From Okamejei kenojei (taxonomy: Eukaryota): a DNA stretch of 64,000 nucleotides. Numbering within the stretch: position 1 is the first letter of the stretch; each line of letters begins with the position of its first letter. The stretch spans positions 43,338,001-43,402,000 of the forward strand of contig CM069149.1 of NCBI GenBank assembly GCA_035221665.1, in the 5' to 3' direction. The translations under genes were made by a program, and so were the position numbers. This document shows, piece after piece, positions 1 through 12,983 of the stretch. The notes beneath the pieces were generated by a model, which made no database searches, was not told where the DNA came from, and worked only from the letters and a program-made list of their open reading frames with translations.

Positions 1-66
1 CATTCCTTCTATCCAGAGATGCTGCCCGTCCCACTGAGTTACTCCAGCAGTTTGTGTCTATCTTCA
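1..66 (+). mobile_element. Penelope-like pseudo-LTR/3' repeat fragment (cut by window edge)
   Basis: GAGATGCTGCCCGTCCCACTGAGTTACTCCAGCA matches the repeat found directly downstream of the GIY-YIG-type coding remnant at 61221-61808. Confidence 0.75.
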
Positions 67-3052
67 TTGCAAGTGCAAAACTGTTTCTAATAAATGGCTC
101 ACTGGTGGTCCAGTTAATAAGCATTGAAAATATATCATATGCAGCTTCTTGTGCTCAAACAATGCCACCGCCTTTGATTTATTTAAAAGACGCGGACTTG
201 GCGGGCCAAAAGCCTGTTTCCTTGCAGTATCTCTACAATGAAACTAAAAATTAATATCTGACGGGGACCCGACGTCTTTCTCTTAGATTTGATTCACAAG
301 TACGAGTTATCGGTTCATATTTGGCTAAGACTATTCGAGCACGAGGCCACATGATTTAAACCTGCATTTAAGTGGCCTATGTGACCTTCAGACTCAAGAT
401 ATGGGACACCATATCCCATCAAAACACAGTATGGTAAAGATGGAACTACTAAAAATGAATTAGACCACATGTTTAAAATATTTGGACTAAGATCTTATTG
501 ACGGTACACACTCTAGATCTTGAGAAACTGTCTTCACTGCCCTCTGTGTAGTTCTGAAATTGAAGAAACAATTCTTATCTCTCCAGAAGTTCTGTTACCA
601 ACAAGGTTTACTCTCAAGAGATCCAAATGACCAGAAATAAAATATAATTTCAAACCAAATATCAGATGGTGACAGAATTAAAAGTGATGTGAAGACAGAA
701 TTACACAAAATGTACGAAAACATAAATTCCAAATTGTTTTGCCTTTTGCCCCTTCGGAGACAGAGATTTGTTTCTGGCCCCACCATCATTCTCTACCAGT
801 AATATAATTAGTGAAACAAAAATATTTGTTTTTATAAATGGACCCCACTTTCTAACTTTATTGTACCTCCTCGGCCTTGAAAAGGTGCAGGAATATCATC
901 CTATCTGGCACCATTCCATAATAATTGTTACCTGTACCTTTGTTTTAGCATGAATTAAATTCTTTAATTCGGAGCCCAAGGCTGCAAAAGTACTCCAAAC
1001 TGGTATTACCAGGGATTTATGCACGGAAAATACACAGTATTCTCCAGAGCTTGTAATGAAAAATATGACTGGAGAAAATTTGACACTGTTTACTTGTACT
1101 GACTGTGACTATTTAAATGAGAATGTTTAGATGTGTTAAATTTGGATTTTCAGGAGAATTATTCCAAAATCATTTGGCTTATAATCATAAAGACATGGCA
1201 CAATGATGCAAGTCACATGGCAATGTTTCATTACCACAAGATAACGTCACTGTGCAAAATTAATGCCATCATCTCCCTTAAATAATGATAGTTTCCTTTT
1301 GAGAACATTGCCCCTGTAAATTGTGTGATTAAGACAAGCAATATAATCAAATATTGTAGATTTGCAAAAATTGTTTAAAAATTGTTTCTGTTGCACATGC
1401 ACAGACCTTTATGAACACTGCAATTTGCTACGGAGACATCTTCATGTCTTTCAGATGCTGCAGCTCTTATGCCCTGTTCCTGTTGGTTGGCAACTGCCGA
1501 TGCCAAGCGATATTTTCATTTGGCTGCATCTTTCTCGAGGGAGAAACTGCAGTGCAAGGGAAGGCTCAACCCATGAAATGTTTATTCATTTTTTATAGAA
1601 AAATCTACAAGGGGATAATAAAATACATTTTAAAATAGTAAATGTTAAAATGTGAAAATAATTTTATAGTCTGATGCATGAGATTCGCGTCTGTGACATT
1701 CTGTTCGAGAGTTTGGGACTAACGCACCTGCCAATGTATTTGTATGCTGCAAAAGAACAGTTAATGGCCTTAGCCCAAGGTCAGCTCCTCGACTACAGCA
1801 TCTGGGTTCTATCCAGGAATTATAAGCTGCCGATTTGTGCCCTATAGCACAAATCGGCTAATCTCTGTTAGCCGCCCTGGCAGCCACAGCAGACCCACAA
1901 AATGGCTATGCAGACAAAACAGCCATTTTGTGAAAAATCTTGCTGTAAGAATGCTTGGTCATATACCAAGGGATGCCGTTTCAATGATATCTGCTTTGAA
2001 TGCCCTATGCTTCTTTCTTATTTTGGGGAGAATTACAAAATGATTCTGAAACAAAACACAAATTGTGGAGATACAAAAGAACAAAAGAAATATAAATCTG
2101 AAAGACACAACAACTACGATACAGGTTACACAAGATCAATGCCGGGCTTGGCCTCAGAGATAGTACAGGAATAGTCAAGGGTATGATTCAAACAAAACAC
2201 GGACATATAACCTAACTACATGCAGGTCAAGGATATGCAAACATATTTTGAGGTGGGCAATATACGCACAGAGCTTCATATTAATCCATGTATGTGTAAA
2301 AACTTAATGAATGTTAGTAAAACCCAAATTTTATGTTTTGTAATGTCTTGAATTTTTAATGCAGGAATATTAATTGACAAATATTAGCAACCGGTAAAAT
2401 TTATGGAAGACATTGATGAATTTGTATATGATCCTGCAACTGCACAGCTACTAAAAACCTGGCAGTTCAGAAATTATTTGACAGCTGAGAAGAAGCCACT
2501 TGGAACAGGACTACATTCTTTGATATTCTACAACAAATGAAGCCCAAGGCCACTTGTAAACCTGCACAAAAGTCATTTCAACTTTGCCTCCTGTTTTCAC
2601 GGAGGGTGGAGATAAAATCGAAGTGTATCAGGAAATTAATTGAAGGTGAGGTGATGGGGAGATGATGATAGGGGATGGGGGAACGCGAGGTGCAAACACC
2701 AAGGATGAGGTTTAGGAAGAATCTTCCTTGAAGCAGGTGGATGTCTTGGGCTCCCCGCATATGACCCTATTAAGGTTGAATCTCTCAGTGTGAAAACAGA
2801 CATCGACTCTCTGGTTAAGATCCATTTATGTACTTCAGGCAAGCGGACCTTTGCCAAGTAGAATTGTGGACAAGTAATATCACCCGAGTACAGGGCTGCA
2901 TCATTCCTGAAGGTTCAGAAATTTAGAAGTATGTTGCCTATGTGCAAAGTACCCAGTAAGTCCACCAGTTGCTTACTGATAAAAGCTCTTTAACTAGTGC
3001 ATCAACATATTGCTCGAAGAAACAGTATTCGGAAACAAACACTATTATTCCT

Positions 3053-3990
3053 TGTAGAATCATGGAGCCATACAACAGATAAACAGGCCTTCAGCCCAGC
3101 TTGTCTATGCTGGTCATGAGGCCGATCAATATACCGGTGATCGCCTTTTCCCACATTAGGCCCATATTTCTTTAACTCTTTCAAATCTGTACCTGTCTAA
3201 ACACGTCTATTATATTTTATAGTTTCAATGCCTCACAACTTTTCCTGGCAGGTCATTCCATTTATACACCATCCTCCGTGTGAAAAATTGCCCCTTAGAT
3301 CCCCGTTACATTTCTCCCCTACCCCTCTAAACTTCTAATTATAAACTGGAATACCCTGGAAAAATTCACCCTAACTATGCCCCTCTTAATCTTCAAACCT
3401 CTATAAGATCGTCCATCAGCCTCCTACACTTGAGTGAAATTAAGGACCTCCTTTCCAGGCAACATCCTGGTAAAAGGCCTGTCCCACTGTACGAGGTAAT
3501 TCAAGAGCTCTCCCGAGTTGAAAAAAAATCAAACTCGTGGTAAGTACGTAGAATGTACGTAGCGGTTATGTCGGAGCTCGTCGATGTCTCGTAATGCTAA
3601 CGGCAGGTACTCGGGAAATGCAGTAACTCGTGAAGTTTTTTCAGCACTGTGAAAAATGTCCACGAGAGCCCCGAGTACCTACGAACAGGATTACCATAAT
3701 TCTCCGAGTTCGAATCAGGGGAAACGCGGGAGAACTCGAGTTACCTCATACAGTGGGACAGGCCCTTTAATCTCTTCCACTTTCATTCTAAAGCTCCCAC
3801 ATCTTTCCTATAATGCAACAACCAAAACTGTATTCAATACTCCAAGTGTGGCTTGACCAATGTTTTATACAACTGTAACATGACATCCTAATTCTTAAGC
3901 TCAATGCCTTGGCCCATAAAGGCAAGCATTCCAAATGCCTTCTTCGCCTACCTATTGACCTGTGTTGCCATTTTTGAAGGAATTATGAAC
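3053..3990 (-). mobile_element. CR1 (HER1-like) LINE 3' fragment, decayed, interrupted by a MITE
   Basis: Similar to the CR1 3' end at 5283-5960 and 29293-29545 (AAACAGGCCTTCAGCCC tail, ACTCCAAGTGTGGCTTGACCAATGTTTTATACAAC = reverse of LYKTLVKPHLE). Confidence 0.75.
3474..3766. mobile_element. Non-autonomous DNA transposon (Harbinger-like MITE)
   Basis: TIRs AAGGCCTGTCCCACTGTACGAGGTAA / TTACCTCATACAGTGGGACAGGCCCT, TAA/TTA flanks, CpG-rich interior, splits a CR1 fragment. Confidence 0.8.
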
Positions 3991-4725
3991 TTGAACACTA
4001 AGATCCTACAGATGATGCGTTCCTCCAGCAGTTTGTATTTTTGCTCAAGATTCCAGCATCTACAGTCTCTTGTGTCTTCAAAGTCTGCCGAATCTCACCA
4101 ATGTTTTCAAGTGCTTCAAATTCTGAGGATATGGGGAAATAGGATTTCTCTCCGTAGGACGGTGGGTGCAAATCATATTGGGCAAACTGAAATTCTAAGA
4201 AACGGAGGCTATTAAACATGAAAAGGTTTCCCATGTGTCAGATAATTAAATACCCAAAAATTAAATATCCATTGCATATTAAATTAATCTGTGTCACTTG
4301 CATATTTGCTTAATTTACTTTGCAATTCCAAGAATTTAAATCCCTTAAGTTTCCAAATTGAGATGAATTCTGTGTATTCAATTTGTAGATCTGGGAGTAT
4401 GTTACGGTAAATTGATTTTTTTGGATGGAACATACATGTGAATTGTGTCAGTTATAAATGCCAATACAACCTGCTGATACTGGAAATTGAAGTTCCACTT
4501 ACAATATTACATTTTAGTGAATTTTTCATGGTTACATCTTCAAATGTTAATTTGACAATGTCATTTGCCTTATGTATACAATGTGCCAGATGATTATACA
4601 GCAAGAGTTTTGTCCATTTGCTTATTCCAACCATGCCCCTTTGTAATCTATTTGTTCTCTTCACAACCTATTTCTTATCTATCTTTGTGTCATCAGAAAC
4701 ATTACGAACAACAGTTTTGATATAA

Positions 4726-4853
4726 CAGTCTGAAGAAGGGTCTCGACCCGAAACGTCGCCTATCTCCTTCGCTCCTTAGATGCTGCTGCACCCGCTGAGT
4801 TTCTCCAGCTTTTTGTGTACCCTCGATTCTCCAGCATCTACAGTTCCTTCTTT
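4726..4853 (+). mobile_element. Solo Penelope-like pseudo-LTR with minimal hammerhead motif
   Basis: CTGAAGA-A-GGGT(CTCG)ACCC-GAAAC-GTC at 4730-4757; 16 bp direct repeat AACAGTTTTGATATAA at 4710-4725 and 4854-4869; near identical to 61677-61808. Confidence 0.85.
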
Positions 4854-4954
4854 AACAGTTTTGATATAATTGTTAAAACTATTTAAATAATTAGAAAATA
4901 TTTGAGCACTCAAAGCGTTATGGTGTTATAGAGCAGAGGGAGCCAGGAGCGCAG

Positions 4955-5282
4955 GTACATATTGCCTTGAAGGTGGTGTTGCAGGTAGATGGGGTGGTCA
5001 AAAAGGCTTTTGGCACATTGGCCTTCATCAGTCTGAGTATTGAGAATAGAAGTTGGGAGGTCATGTTGCAGTTATATAAGGCGTTGGTGAGGCCGCATTT
5101 AGAGTATTGTGCTCAGTTCTGGGCATCAAATTATAGGAAATATGTTGTCAAGCTGGAAAAGGTACAGGGATAGGGTAGGCTTAGAGGGATTATGGGCCAA
5201 ACGCAGGCAGGTGGGACTAAAATAGCAGGGACATATTGGCCGGTGTGGGCAGGTTGAACCGAAAGACCTGTTTCCATGCTGT
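4955..5282 (+). mobile_element. CR1 LINE 3' fragment, internally deleted
   Basis: ORF 4967-5173 contains VKKAFGTLAFI...LQLYKALVRPHLEYCAQFW, the CR1 ORF2 C-terminal signature. Confidence 0.9.
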
Positions 5283-6778
5283 AAACATAGAAACATAGAA
5301 ATTAGGTGCAGGAGTAGGCCATTCAGCCCTTCGAGCCTGCACCGCCATTCAATATGATCATGGCTGATCATCCAACTCAGTATCCCGTACCTGCCTTCTC
5401 TCCATACCCTCTGATCCCCTTAGCCACAAGGGCCACATCCAACTCACTCTTAAATATAGCCAATGAACTGGCCTCAACTACCCTCTGTGGCAGAGAGTTC
5501 CAGAGACTCACCACTCTCTGTGTGAAAAAAGTCTTTCTCATCTCGGTCTTAAAGGATTTCCCCCTTATCCTTAAGCTGTGACCCCTTGTCCTGGACTTCC
5601 CCAACATCGGGAACAATCTTCCTGCATCTAGCCTGTCCAACCCCTTAAGAATTTTGAAAGTTTCTATAAGATCCCCTCTCAATCTCCTAAATTCAGAGAG
5701 TAAAAACCGAGTCTATCCAGTCTTTCTTCATAAGACAGTCCTGACATCCCAGGAATCAGTCTGGTGAACCTTCTCTGCACTCCCTCTATGGCAATAATGT
5801 CCTTCCTCAGATTTGGAGACCAAAACTGTACGCAATACTCCAGGTGTGGTCTCACCAAGACCCTGTACAACTGAAGTAGAACCTCCCTGCTCCTGTACTC
5901 AAATCCTTTTCCTATGAAAGCTAACATACCATTCGCTTTTTTCACTGCCTGCTGCACTTGCATGCCTACTTCAATGACTGGTGTACCATGACACCCAGGT
6001 CTCGCTGCATCTCCCCTTTTCCTAATCGGCCACCATTTAAATAATAGTCTGCTTTCCTGTTTTTGCCACCAAAGTGGATAACCTCACATTTATCCACATT
6101 ATACTGCATCTGCAAACATTTGCCCACTCACCCAGCCTATCCAAGTCACCTTGCAGTCTCCTAGCATCCTCCTCACAGCTAACACTGCCCCCCAGCTTAG
6201 TGTCATCCGCAAACTTGAGATATTGCCTTCAATTTCCCTCATCCAGATCATTAATATATATTGTAAATAGCTGGGGTCCCAGCACTGAGCCCTGCGGTAC
6301 CCCACTAGTCATTGCCTGCCATTGTGAAAAGGACCCGTTTACTCCTAATCTTTGCTTCCTGTTTGCCAGCCAGTTCTCTATCCACATCAATACTGAACCC
6401 CTAATACCGTATGCTTTAAGTTTGTATACTAATCTCTTATGTGGGACCTTGTCGAAAGCCTTCTGGAAGTCCAGATATACCACATCCACTGGTTCTCCCT
6501 TATCCACGCTACTAGTTACATCCTCGAAAAATTCCACAAGATTCGTCAGACATGATTTACCTTTCGTAAATCCGTGCTGACTTTGTCCAATGATTTCACC
6601 ACTTTCCAAATGTGCTGCTATCCCATCTTTAATAACTGACTCTAGCAGTTTCCCCACTACCGATGTTAGACTAACTGGTCTGTAATTCCCCGTTTTCTCT
6701 CTCCCTCCCTTCTTAAAAAGAGGGGTTACATTTGCTACCCGCCAATCCTCAGGAACTACTCCAGAATCTAAAGAGTTT
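5283..6778 (-). mobile_element. CR1 LINE, 5'-truncated, frameshifted RT
   Basis: [77 protein letters not shown] across several frames; (TTTCTATG)n tail at 5283-5301. Confidence 0.97.
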
Positions 6779-7049
6779 TTGTATAACTCTATGTCGCTCA
6801 ACATCAACCAAACAGACTGATTTATACCTATTCTCTGTTTCCTGTCAATCCTTCTCCAAGCCAGTACGTTACCTCCTACATTATGAGCCTTTATTTTCCG
6901 GAATAATCTTTGACACGACTCCTTACCAGATACCTGTTATCCATAGCACAGGGTAGTGTGGTACATGGAAGATACTTAGGTTTTTAAGCAAACTATAAAA
7001 ATGTGCCAAATTGAAAACTACGCTGGAACATAGATTATATTTGTGTGAA

Positions 7050-7260
7050 CCAACAGTTAGCAAGCTAGGAAGTATTCTACAGGAATCAATGCAAAGATCA
7101 GTGTGAGGCATTGCACTTTGGCATGTCAAACCAGGGTAGACTTACACAGTACCCTGGAGAGAGTTGCAGAACTGAGAGAGCTGGGAAACCAGATGGATGG
7201 TTCCCTAGAAGTGGCGAGTCAGGTGGACAGTGTGGTGAAGGAGGACTTTGGCTCGCTTTA
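7050..7260 (+). mobile_element. Old CR1 fragment
   Basis: AGTGTGAGGCATTGCACTTTGG (KCEVLHFG-like) and CAGGTGGACAGTGTGGTGAAG (QVDSVVK). Confidence 0.7.
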
Positions 7261-8477
7261 CACAAAACTGTAATTTAGAAAATGTCAATGACAAAAGTAA
7301 AAATACATTCTGATATATGAAAATTGGGCATGCACACAGGTATAACACATTTATTCTGCCAAAAATGTATTGCATAAGGGCTATGACACTGGCTGGGTCA
7401 AGAGGAGGGTTAGGGAAGAAACCGAGACAGTGAATTTGAGGGCTGGAATAATGAGTAGTAATTAGGTAAGGACCTAGGGGTGGGGAGAAGGCAGTTTTGA
7501 TTTATGGGGGTAGGGACAAGTTATGACAAGTAGGTGCAGAGTTACGACAAAGTAGGTACATTACCTTAATAAGTAATGGTTAAGGCTTCATTTGTGCATT
7601 TTGGGGAATCAAAGACCCAAAGCATATTTGAGATTGGTTTTGGGTGGTGGGTATTGAGGGACAGGACCAGTGGATGAGCGGACCTGCATTAATTGGAGCT
7701 CTAGGTGTCTGGAATAGATTGGTGAGTTCAAAGAGAACAACGTATATGGCATTGGGGACAGGGTGAAGGTTCATTGGCTGGTCCCATTATTTTTAGAATG
7801 CATTGGTCAAACAAAAAGTTGAGTACCATAGAAGAGTTTTGGCTTGAAAGTGAACATCAAAGATCTCGCTGCTCTGGCAGGGGGTGAGGGAGGGGGGGTG
7901 ACAATGGTCACTCCAGGCTTATCTTAGTTTAATGGTGCTGTAAATTTGTGTAATGTTCTGGAAATTAAAAAAAATCTAATCAAGCAGAGAAGTGAGAACC
8001 ACAGCAGAGAATAGTCAGTTGCATTTTCAGAGTGGCATGAAATGACAAGGAAATAATTATTCTAGTTTTTTCTCCAATAAAAATGTTTACAAAATGTGGT
8101 CAGTTTTTAGCCTACGGACTATATTTCCAAGTAAATTGGGACTTGTGTCATAGATTCCTTTCAATTACTTTCTACCAGAACTGTATAGTTAACAGCTGGA
8201 TGAAAACTCCTTGATGTATTTATTAATTAAATGCGTGCATTGCCAGTGTGTCCACATATTTAGTAGATAAATGCGATGGTATAATGCGAGATAGAAAGCA
8301 TTTGCTCTATTCTGGTCTGGCCAAACCGTTAGGTTGCATGTGCCGAATTCCTTTGGGAATTGGCAGTGATGATTCTCTCATAGAATTTAGTGACAAGTTG
8401 ACCTACACCCGCTTATTGAAACATAGGAGTCAGGAATGAGATAGAAGTATTATGTCAGTAGATACCATCGCCTTCTT

Positions 8478-8795
8478 TGGACTTTAGACATTACTTTAGA
8501 GATATAAAGTGGAGACAGGCCCTTTGGCCCACTGAGTCCGCACCGACCACCAATCACCCAGTGCATTAAGCTACACACTCTAGGGACAATTTTATAACCT
8601 ATTGAAGCCAATTAACCTATAAACCTGGATATATAAACCTTTGGTGTGTGGGAGGAAACCTGAGCACCCAGAGAAAACCCATGGTCACAAGAAGAATGTA
8701 CGAACTCCACACAGACAGCACCCGAAGTCAAGATCGAACCCAGGCCTCTGATGCTAAAAGGCAGCAACTCTACTGTTGTGCAATTGTGTCACCCT
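8478..8795 (-). mobile_element. tRNA-derived V-SINE (HE1-like) with CR1-derived tail
   Basis: Reverse strand shows B-box GGGTTCGATC, V-domain GTGTGGAGTTCGTACATTCT...GGTTTCCTCCCACA and tail GGGCCAAAGGGCCTGTCTCC. Confidence 0.85.
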
Positions 8796-9642
8796 AGATT
8801 TCCTATCACTGTAATCACCACTAATTTCAGGGAGAGCGCACAAAAACTCCCGGTGTTTGAGGACATAATGCACTTCAGAACACACCTCTTAGTCTTGTGT
8901 ATGTGAATGAATGATGTCGCTGACCTTAACTGAGAAGGCAAGTATGGGTAAATGGTGTTTTTTAAATTTTATATCTACATTGCTAACTTAATTCTTGCGC
9001 TTTAAGATGTTTTATGGAAACTTCTGAGTTTTTAAAACCTATGTACATTATTGAAATCAGCAACACCTAAAAATTAATTGGATTCTTTGACAGCAGTCAC
9101 CAGGACTTGCCACCTGAGGTTTAGTCACCGCTCATTGTGTCTCATAGGACAACTGTGGCACACAGGCCTCAGCTTGATTGATCTTGCAGAGCTGCAAAAA
9201 TACTATGCAGCCATGGGAAAAGTATAGGGGCGATCGCAGGGATGGTCCTGATTGGGTACAATCCAACCCTGTGTGTCTGATCATTGCTACAAATCCAACT
9301 TTTATCCCGGATGCATGACCATTGGGCTGCCCAAGTCTTCTCCACATACTTCAGAACACATCATCAGTTGGCAGAAGAGGAGAAAAATTGGCTTGGATTT
9401 TACAGCAAAATGTATGCACTTCCCCACCCAAGTGCCAGCAAGATCCCCCTAGCCCAAACTTGCTGGCAGCTGTTTAGGGTATTTTTCACGCTTCGCTCCA
9501 TTGTGACTTCTCATATCGAAGAAGAGTCAAGTTGCAGCAATCTCCTTGCGCTTATGCTGGAGAAACACGGACAGGATAGGATAGACACTCCACTTACTTC
9601 CGGGGGAAAAAAAATGGGGGGAGAGGAATAAGGTTGAGTACC

Positions 9643-9735
9643 AAAGATAGACACAAAATGGTGGAGTAACTCAGCGGGACAGGCAGCATCTCTGGAGAAA
9701 AGGAATGGGTGACGTTTCGGCTCATGACCCCTCAG
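9643..9735 (-). mobile_element. Penelope-like pseudo-LTR fragment
   Basis: GGAGTAACTCAGCGGGACAGGCAGCATCTCTGGAGAAAAGGAATGGGTGACGTTTCGG. Confidence 0.8.
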
Positions 9736-9971
9736 AGTGAGGTTAATTTTTTAACTAAGTTTTTTTTTGCTAATTAACTTGTTTTCATTAATGTACGATA
9801 ATTTTAACAGTTTGAAATATTTTTTTATGTTTCTGCACGTCAGAAGTTTTATTGGGTACCTGGCAGAGCTACCTGCCAAAGTGCGACTTGATGTGATGTC
9901 CCACTGCATGGGGATTTTCAGGCAGCCATGCACCAGAAGATCCTGAACTCTACACTACCTATGCACACTTA

Positions 9972-11579
9972 CAGTGGCTTGCAAAAGTATTCATACCCCT
10001 TGAACTTTTCCACATTTTGTCACGTTACAACCACAAACATAAATGTATTTTGTTGGGATTTTATGTGATAGACCAACACAAAGTGGCACATAATTGTGAA
10101 GTGGAAGGAACATGATACATGGTTTTCAAATTTTTTTACAAATAAAAAACTGAAAGTGTGGCGTGCAAAAGTATTCAGCCCCCTTTACTCTGATACCCCT
10201 AAATAAAATCCAGTGCAAACAATTGCCTTCAGAAGTCACCTAATTAGTAAATAGAGTCCATTTGTGTGTAATCTAATGTCAGTATAAATACAACTGTTCT
10301 GTGAAGGCCTCAGAGGTTTGTTAGAGAACATTAGCGAACAAACAGCATCATGAAGCCCAAGGAACACACCAGACAGGTCAGGGATAAAGTTGTGGAGAAG
10401 TTTAAAGCAGGGTTAGGTTATAAAAAAATATCCCAAGCTTTGAACATCTCATGGAGCACTGTTCAATCCATCATCCGCAAATGGAAAGAGTATGGCACAA
10501 CTGCAACCCTACCAAGACATGGCCGTCCACCTAAGCTGACAGGCCGGGCAAGGAGCATTGATCAGAGAAGCAGCCAAGAGGCCCATGGTAACTCTGAAGG
10601 AGCTGCAGAGATCCACAGCTCAGGTGGGAGAATCTGTCCACAGAACAACTATTAGTCGTGCACTCCACAAATCGGGCCTTTATGGAAGAGTGGCAAGAAG
10701 AAAGTAATTGTTGAAACAAAGCTATAAGAAGTCCCGTTTGCAATTTGCCACAAGCCATGTGGGGGACACAGCAAACATGTGGAGGAAGGTGCTCTGGTCT
10801 GATGAGACCAAAATTGAAGTTTTTGGCCTAAATGCAAAATGCTACGTGTGGCGGAAAACTAACACTGCACATCACCCTGAACACACCATCCCCACTGTGA
10901 AACATGGTGGTGGCAGCATCATGCTGTGGGGATGCTTTTCTTCAGCAGGGACAGGGAAGCTGGTCAGAGTTGATGGGAAAATGGGTGGAGCCAAATACAG
11001 GGCAATCTTGGAAGAAAACCTGTTAGAGTCTGCAAAAGACTTGAGACTGGGGTGGAGGTTCACCTTCCAGCAGGACAACAACCCTAAACATACAGCCAGC
11101 TACAATGGAATGGTTTAGATCAAAGCATATTCATGTGTTAGAATGGCCCTGTCAAAGACCTAAATCCAATTGAGAATCTCTGGCAAGACTTGAAAATTGC
11201 TGTTCACAGATGCTCTCTATCCAATCTGACTGATCTTGAGCTATTTTGCAAACAAGAATGGGCAAAAATTTCAGTCTCTAGATGTGCAAAGCTGGTAGAG
11301 ACATACCCCAAAAGCCTTGCAGCTGTAATTGCAGCGAAAGGTGGTTCTACAAAGTATTGACTCAGGGAGGGCTGAATACTTTTGCACGCCACACTTTTCA
11401 GTTTTTTATTTGTAATAAAATTTGGAAACCATGTATCATGTTCCTTCCACTTCACAATTATGCACCACTTTGTGTTGGTCTATCACATAAAATCCCAATA
11501 AAATACATTTACGTTTGTGGTTGTAACGTGACAAAATGTGGAAAAGTTCAAGGGGTATGAATACTTTTGCAAGCCACTG
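9972..11579 (+). mobile_element. Tc1 (IR/DR type) DNA transposon, full length
   Basis: TA TSDs (9970-9971, 11580-11581); ~210 bp TIRs starting CAGTGGCTTGCAAAAGTATTCA with inner DR TGCAAAAGTATTCA at 10164-10177; transposase inside. Confidence 0.97.
10350..11360 (+). pseudogene. Tc1 DDE transposase, disrupted
   Basis: [65 protein letters not shown]; frameshifts near 10555, 11100 and 11155 and a TAA stop at ~10705. Confidence 0.95.
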
Positions 11580-12839
11580 TAGGTCTCTATTATCAATCTT
11601 TCAGGTACAGTATATTAGAACACTGTTGGATTCATGACATGGATACATTGTGTTATCACAATTAAGAAAACATCAAACGCACTTTTATCAAAATCTTATC
11701 ATGAAAGGCATGAGACAGTTATACCCATGCAACTTGTTCTTTAAAGTTTGTGAACAGTTTCACAATTAGAATTGCATGGTATGTGTGGAGAAAGCGTATT
11801 TAAAAGCCCACTTAAATCACATTTCAATATTATCTGTAAAAATTCTGCCACATAGTTCAACAGAAAAGTCGCAGATTTATGAAACACGGTTTATATTTAT
11901 ATTTTGCAATGCAAAGTAAATGTGAATCTTATAACTAAAACAGTGATAGAAAATGAATACTGGACTATAATAAAATCACATTCAAGAAGGATATGTGACA
12001 TTTTGGTTCAACAATTGAAAGGGACAGATGGAGCAAAGTCTAGCATTGCACCGAGTTCATTGAGTTGAGAATAGATGAGTTCAATAAGGCCACATCAGTT
12101 CAACTTTCGTTTTGTGCCACAGGTCAACTATTAGTGATACTTGTAAATAAAAGAGTAGCACTGGCAGCAGCTGTCACTGGTGGTAAGCACATTAAGCCTG
12201 GCAGTTACTTTTAGTAGTCAATTAACAAAGGTATATAAAAGAAATACCATGTTAATTTGAGAACATGCTGCACACGTTAAGTACCTTTGTACTACTATCT
12301 GTGCCTGTTTTTCTATTGCTATATTTACATACAGAGTGAGATTAAAGTAAACACTGACTGGTATGAGTGGCCACCTGTTTATGACAGATAAATTTACAGT
12401 CCAAATACTTTTCTCAGTGCAAATAAAAAGAGCTGCTATCTCGGTTCACAGGTCACATATAAATGCTGACGAAGCTATGTATCTTTAAGCCAACAAGAAG
12501 CTGTTTCACCACTCTTAGAACAGTACCCCATACTCTGTGTCTTCATTTTTCACATCAGTTGTCATAATGCCCTCCAGGAGTTACACTGACAGTTTCTGAG
12601 AGAATAATTTTTATTTTACTATTATTAATAAGCTGATGCCTTGTACAAATGAGTTGAGAATATCTCAAATTAATTCCACTTAAAATGGATTTCAATCCTT
12701 CACTTTGGGCGGCGAACTGAGATCTAGATGATGAACCATAATCTCCCAAACAAGTCTACCTCCTCACTGTCCAAATTAAAGAAAACAAAATATTTAAGCA
12801 CATCATTTAGAATGAATTGTGTAGGAAGGAACTGCAGAT

Positions 12840-12893
12840 GGGGTGGAAGATTGCAACCTTCACGTGGTCTGCCCTGTTTCGACTAATGCAATC
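12840..12893 (+). ncRNA. Minimal HDV-like self-cleaving ribozyme (predicted)
   Basis: P1 GGGGUGG/CUGCCCU, P2 GAUUGCA/UGCAAUC, P3 ACC/GGU, L3 UUCACGU, J4/2 CUAA in the HDV nested double-pseudoknot order. Confidence 0.8.
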
Positions 12894-12983
12894 AACTCGA
12901 TGTGCACGAATGGAAGGTCAAATAGAACAAGTTGTCCAACAACTTTAGGCTGTGCACGCCACACAAAAGAAGAAAAAGAAGAA
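12841..12983 (+). mobile_element. Short non-autonomous retroposon with (GAA)n tail
   Basis: 12 bp TSD GAACTGCAGATG (12829-12840, 12984-12995), AAGAAGAAAAAGAAGAA tail, no Pol III A/B boxes seen. Confidence 0.85.

Noticed and set aside
8740-8795. tRNA gene
   Set aside because: Decayed tRNA-like head of a V-SINE; no cloverleaf
9180-9310. Possible THAP-domain relic (RRDGPDW..VC/SDH)
   Set aside because: Needs a frameshift and lacks the N-terminal Cys motif; too weak without a profile search
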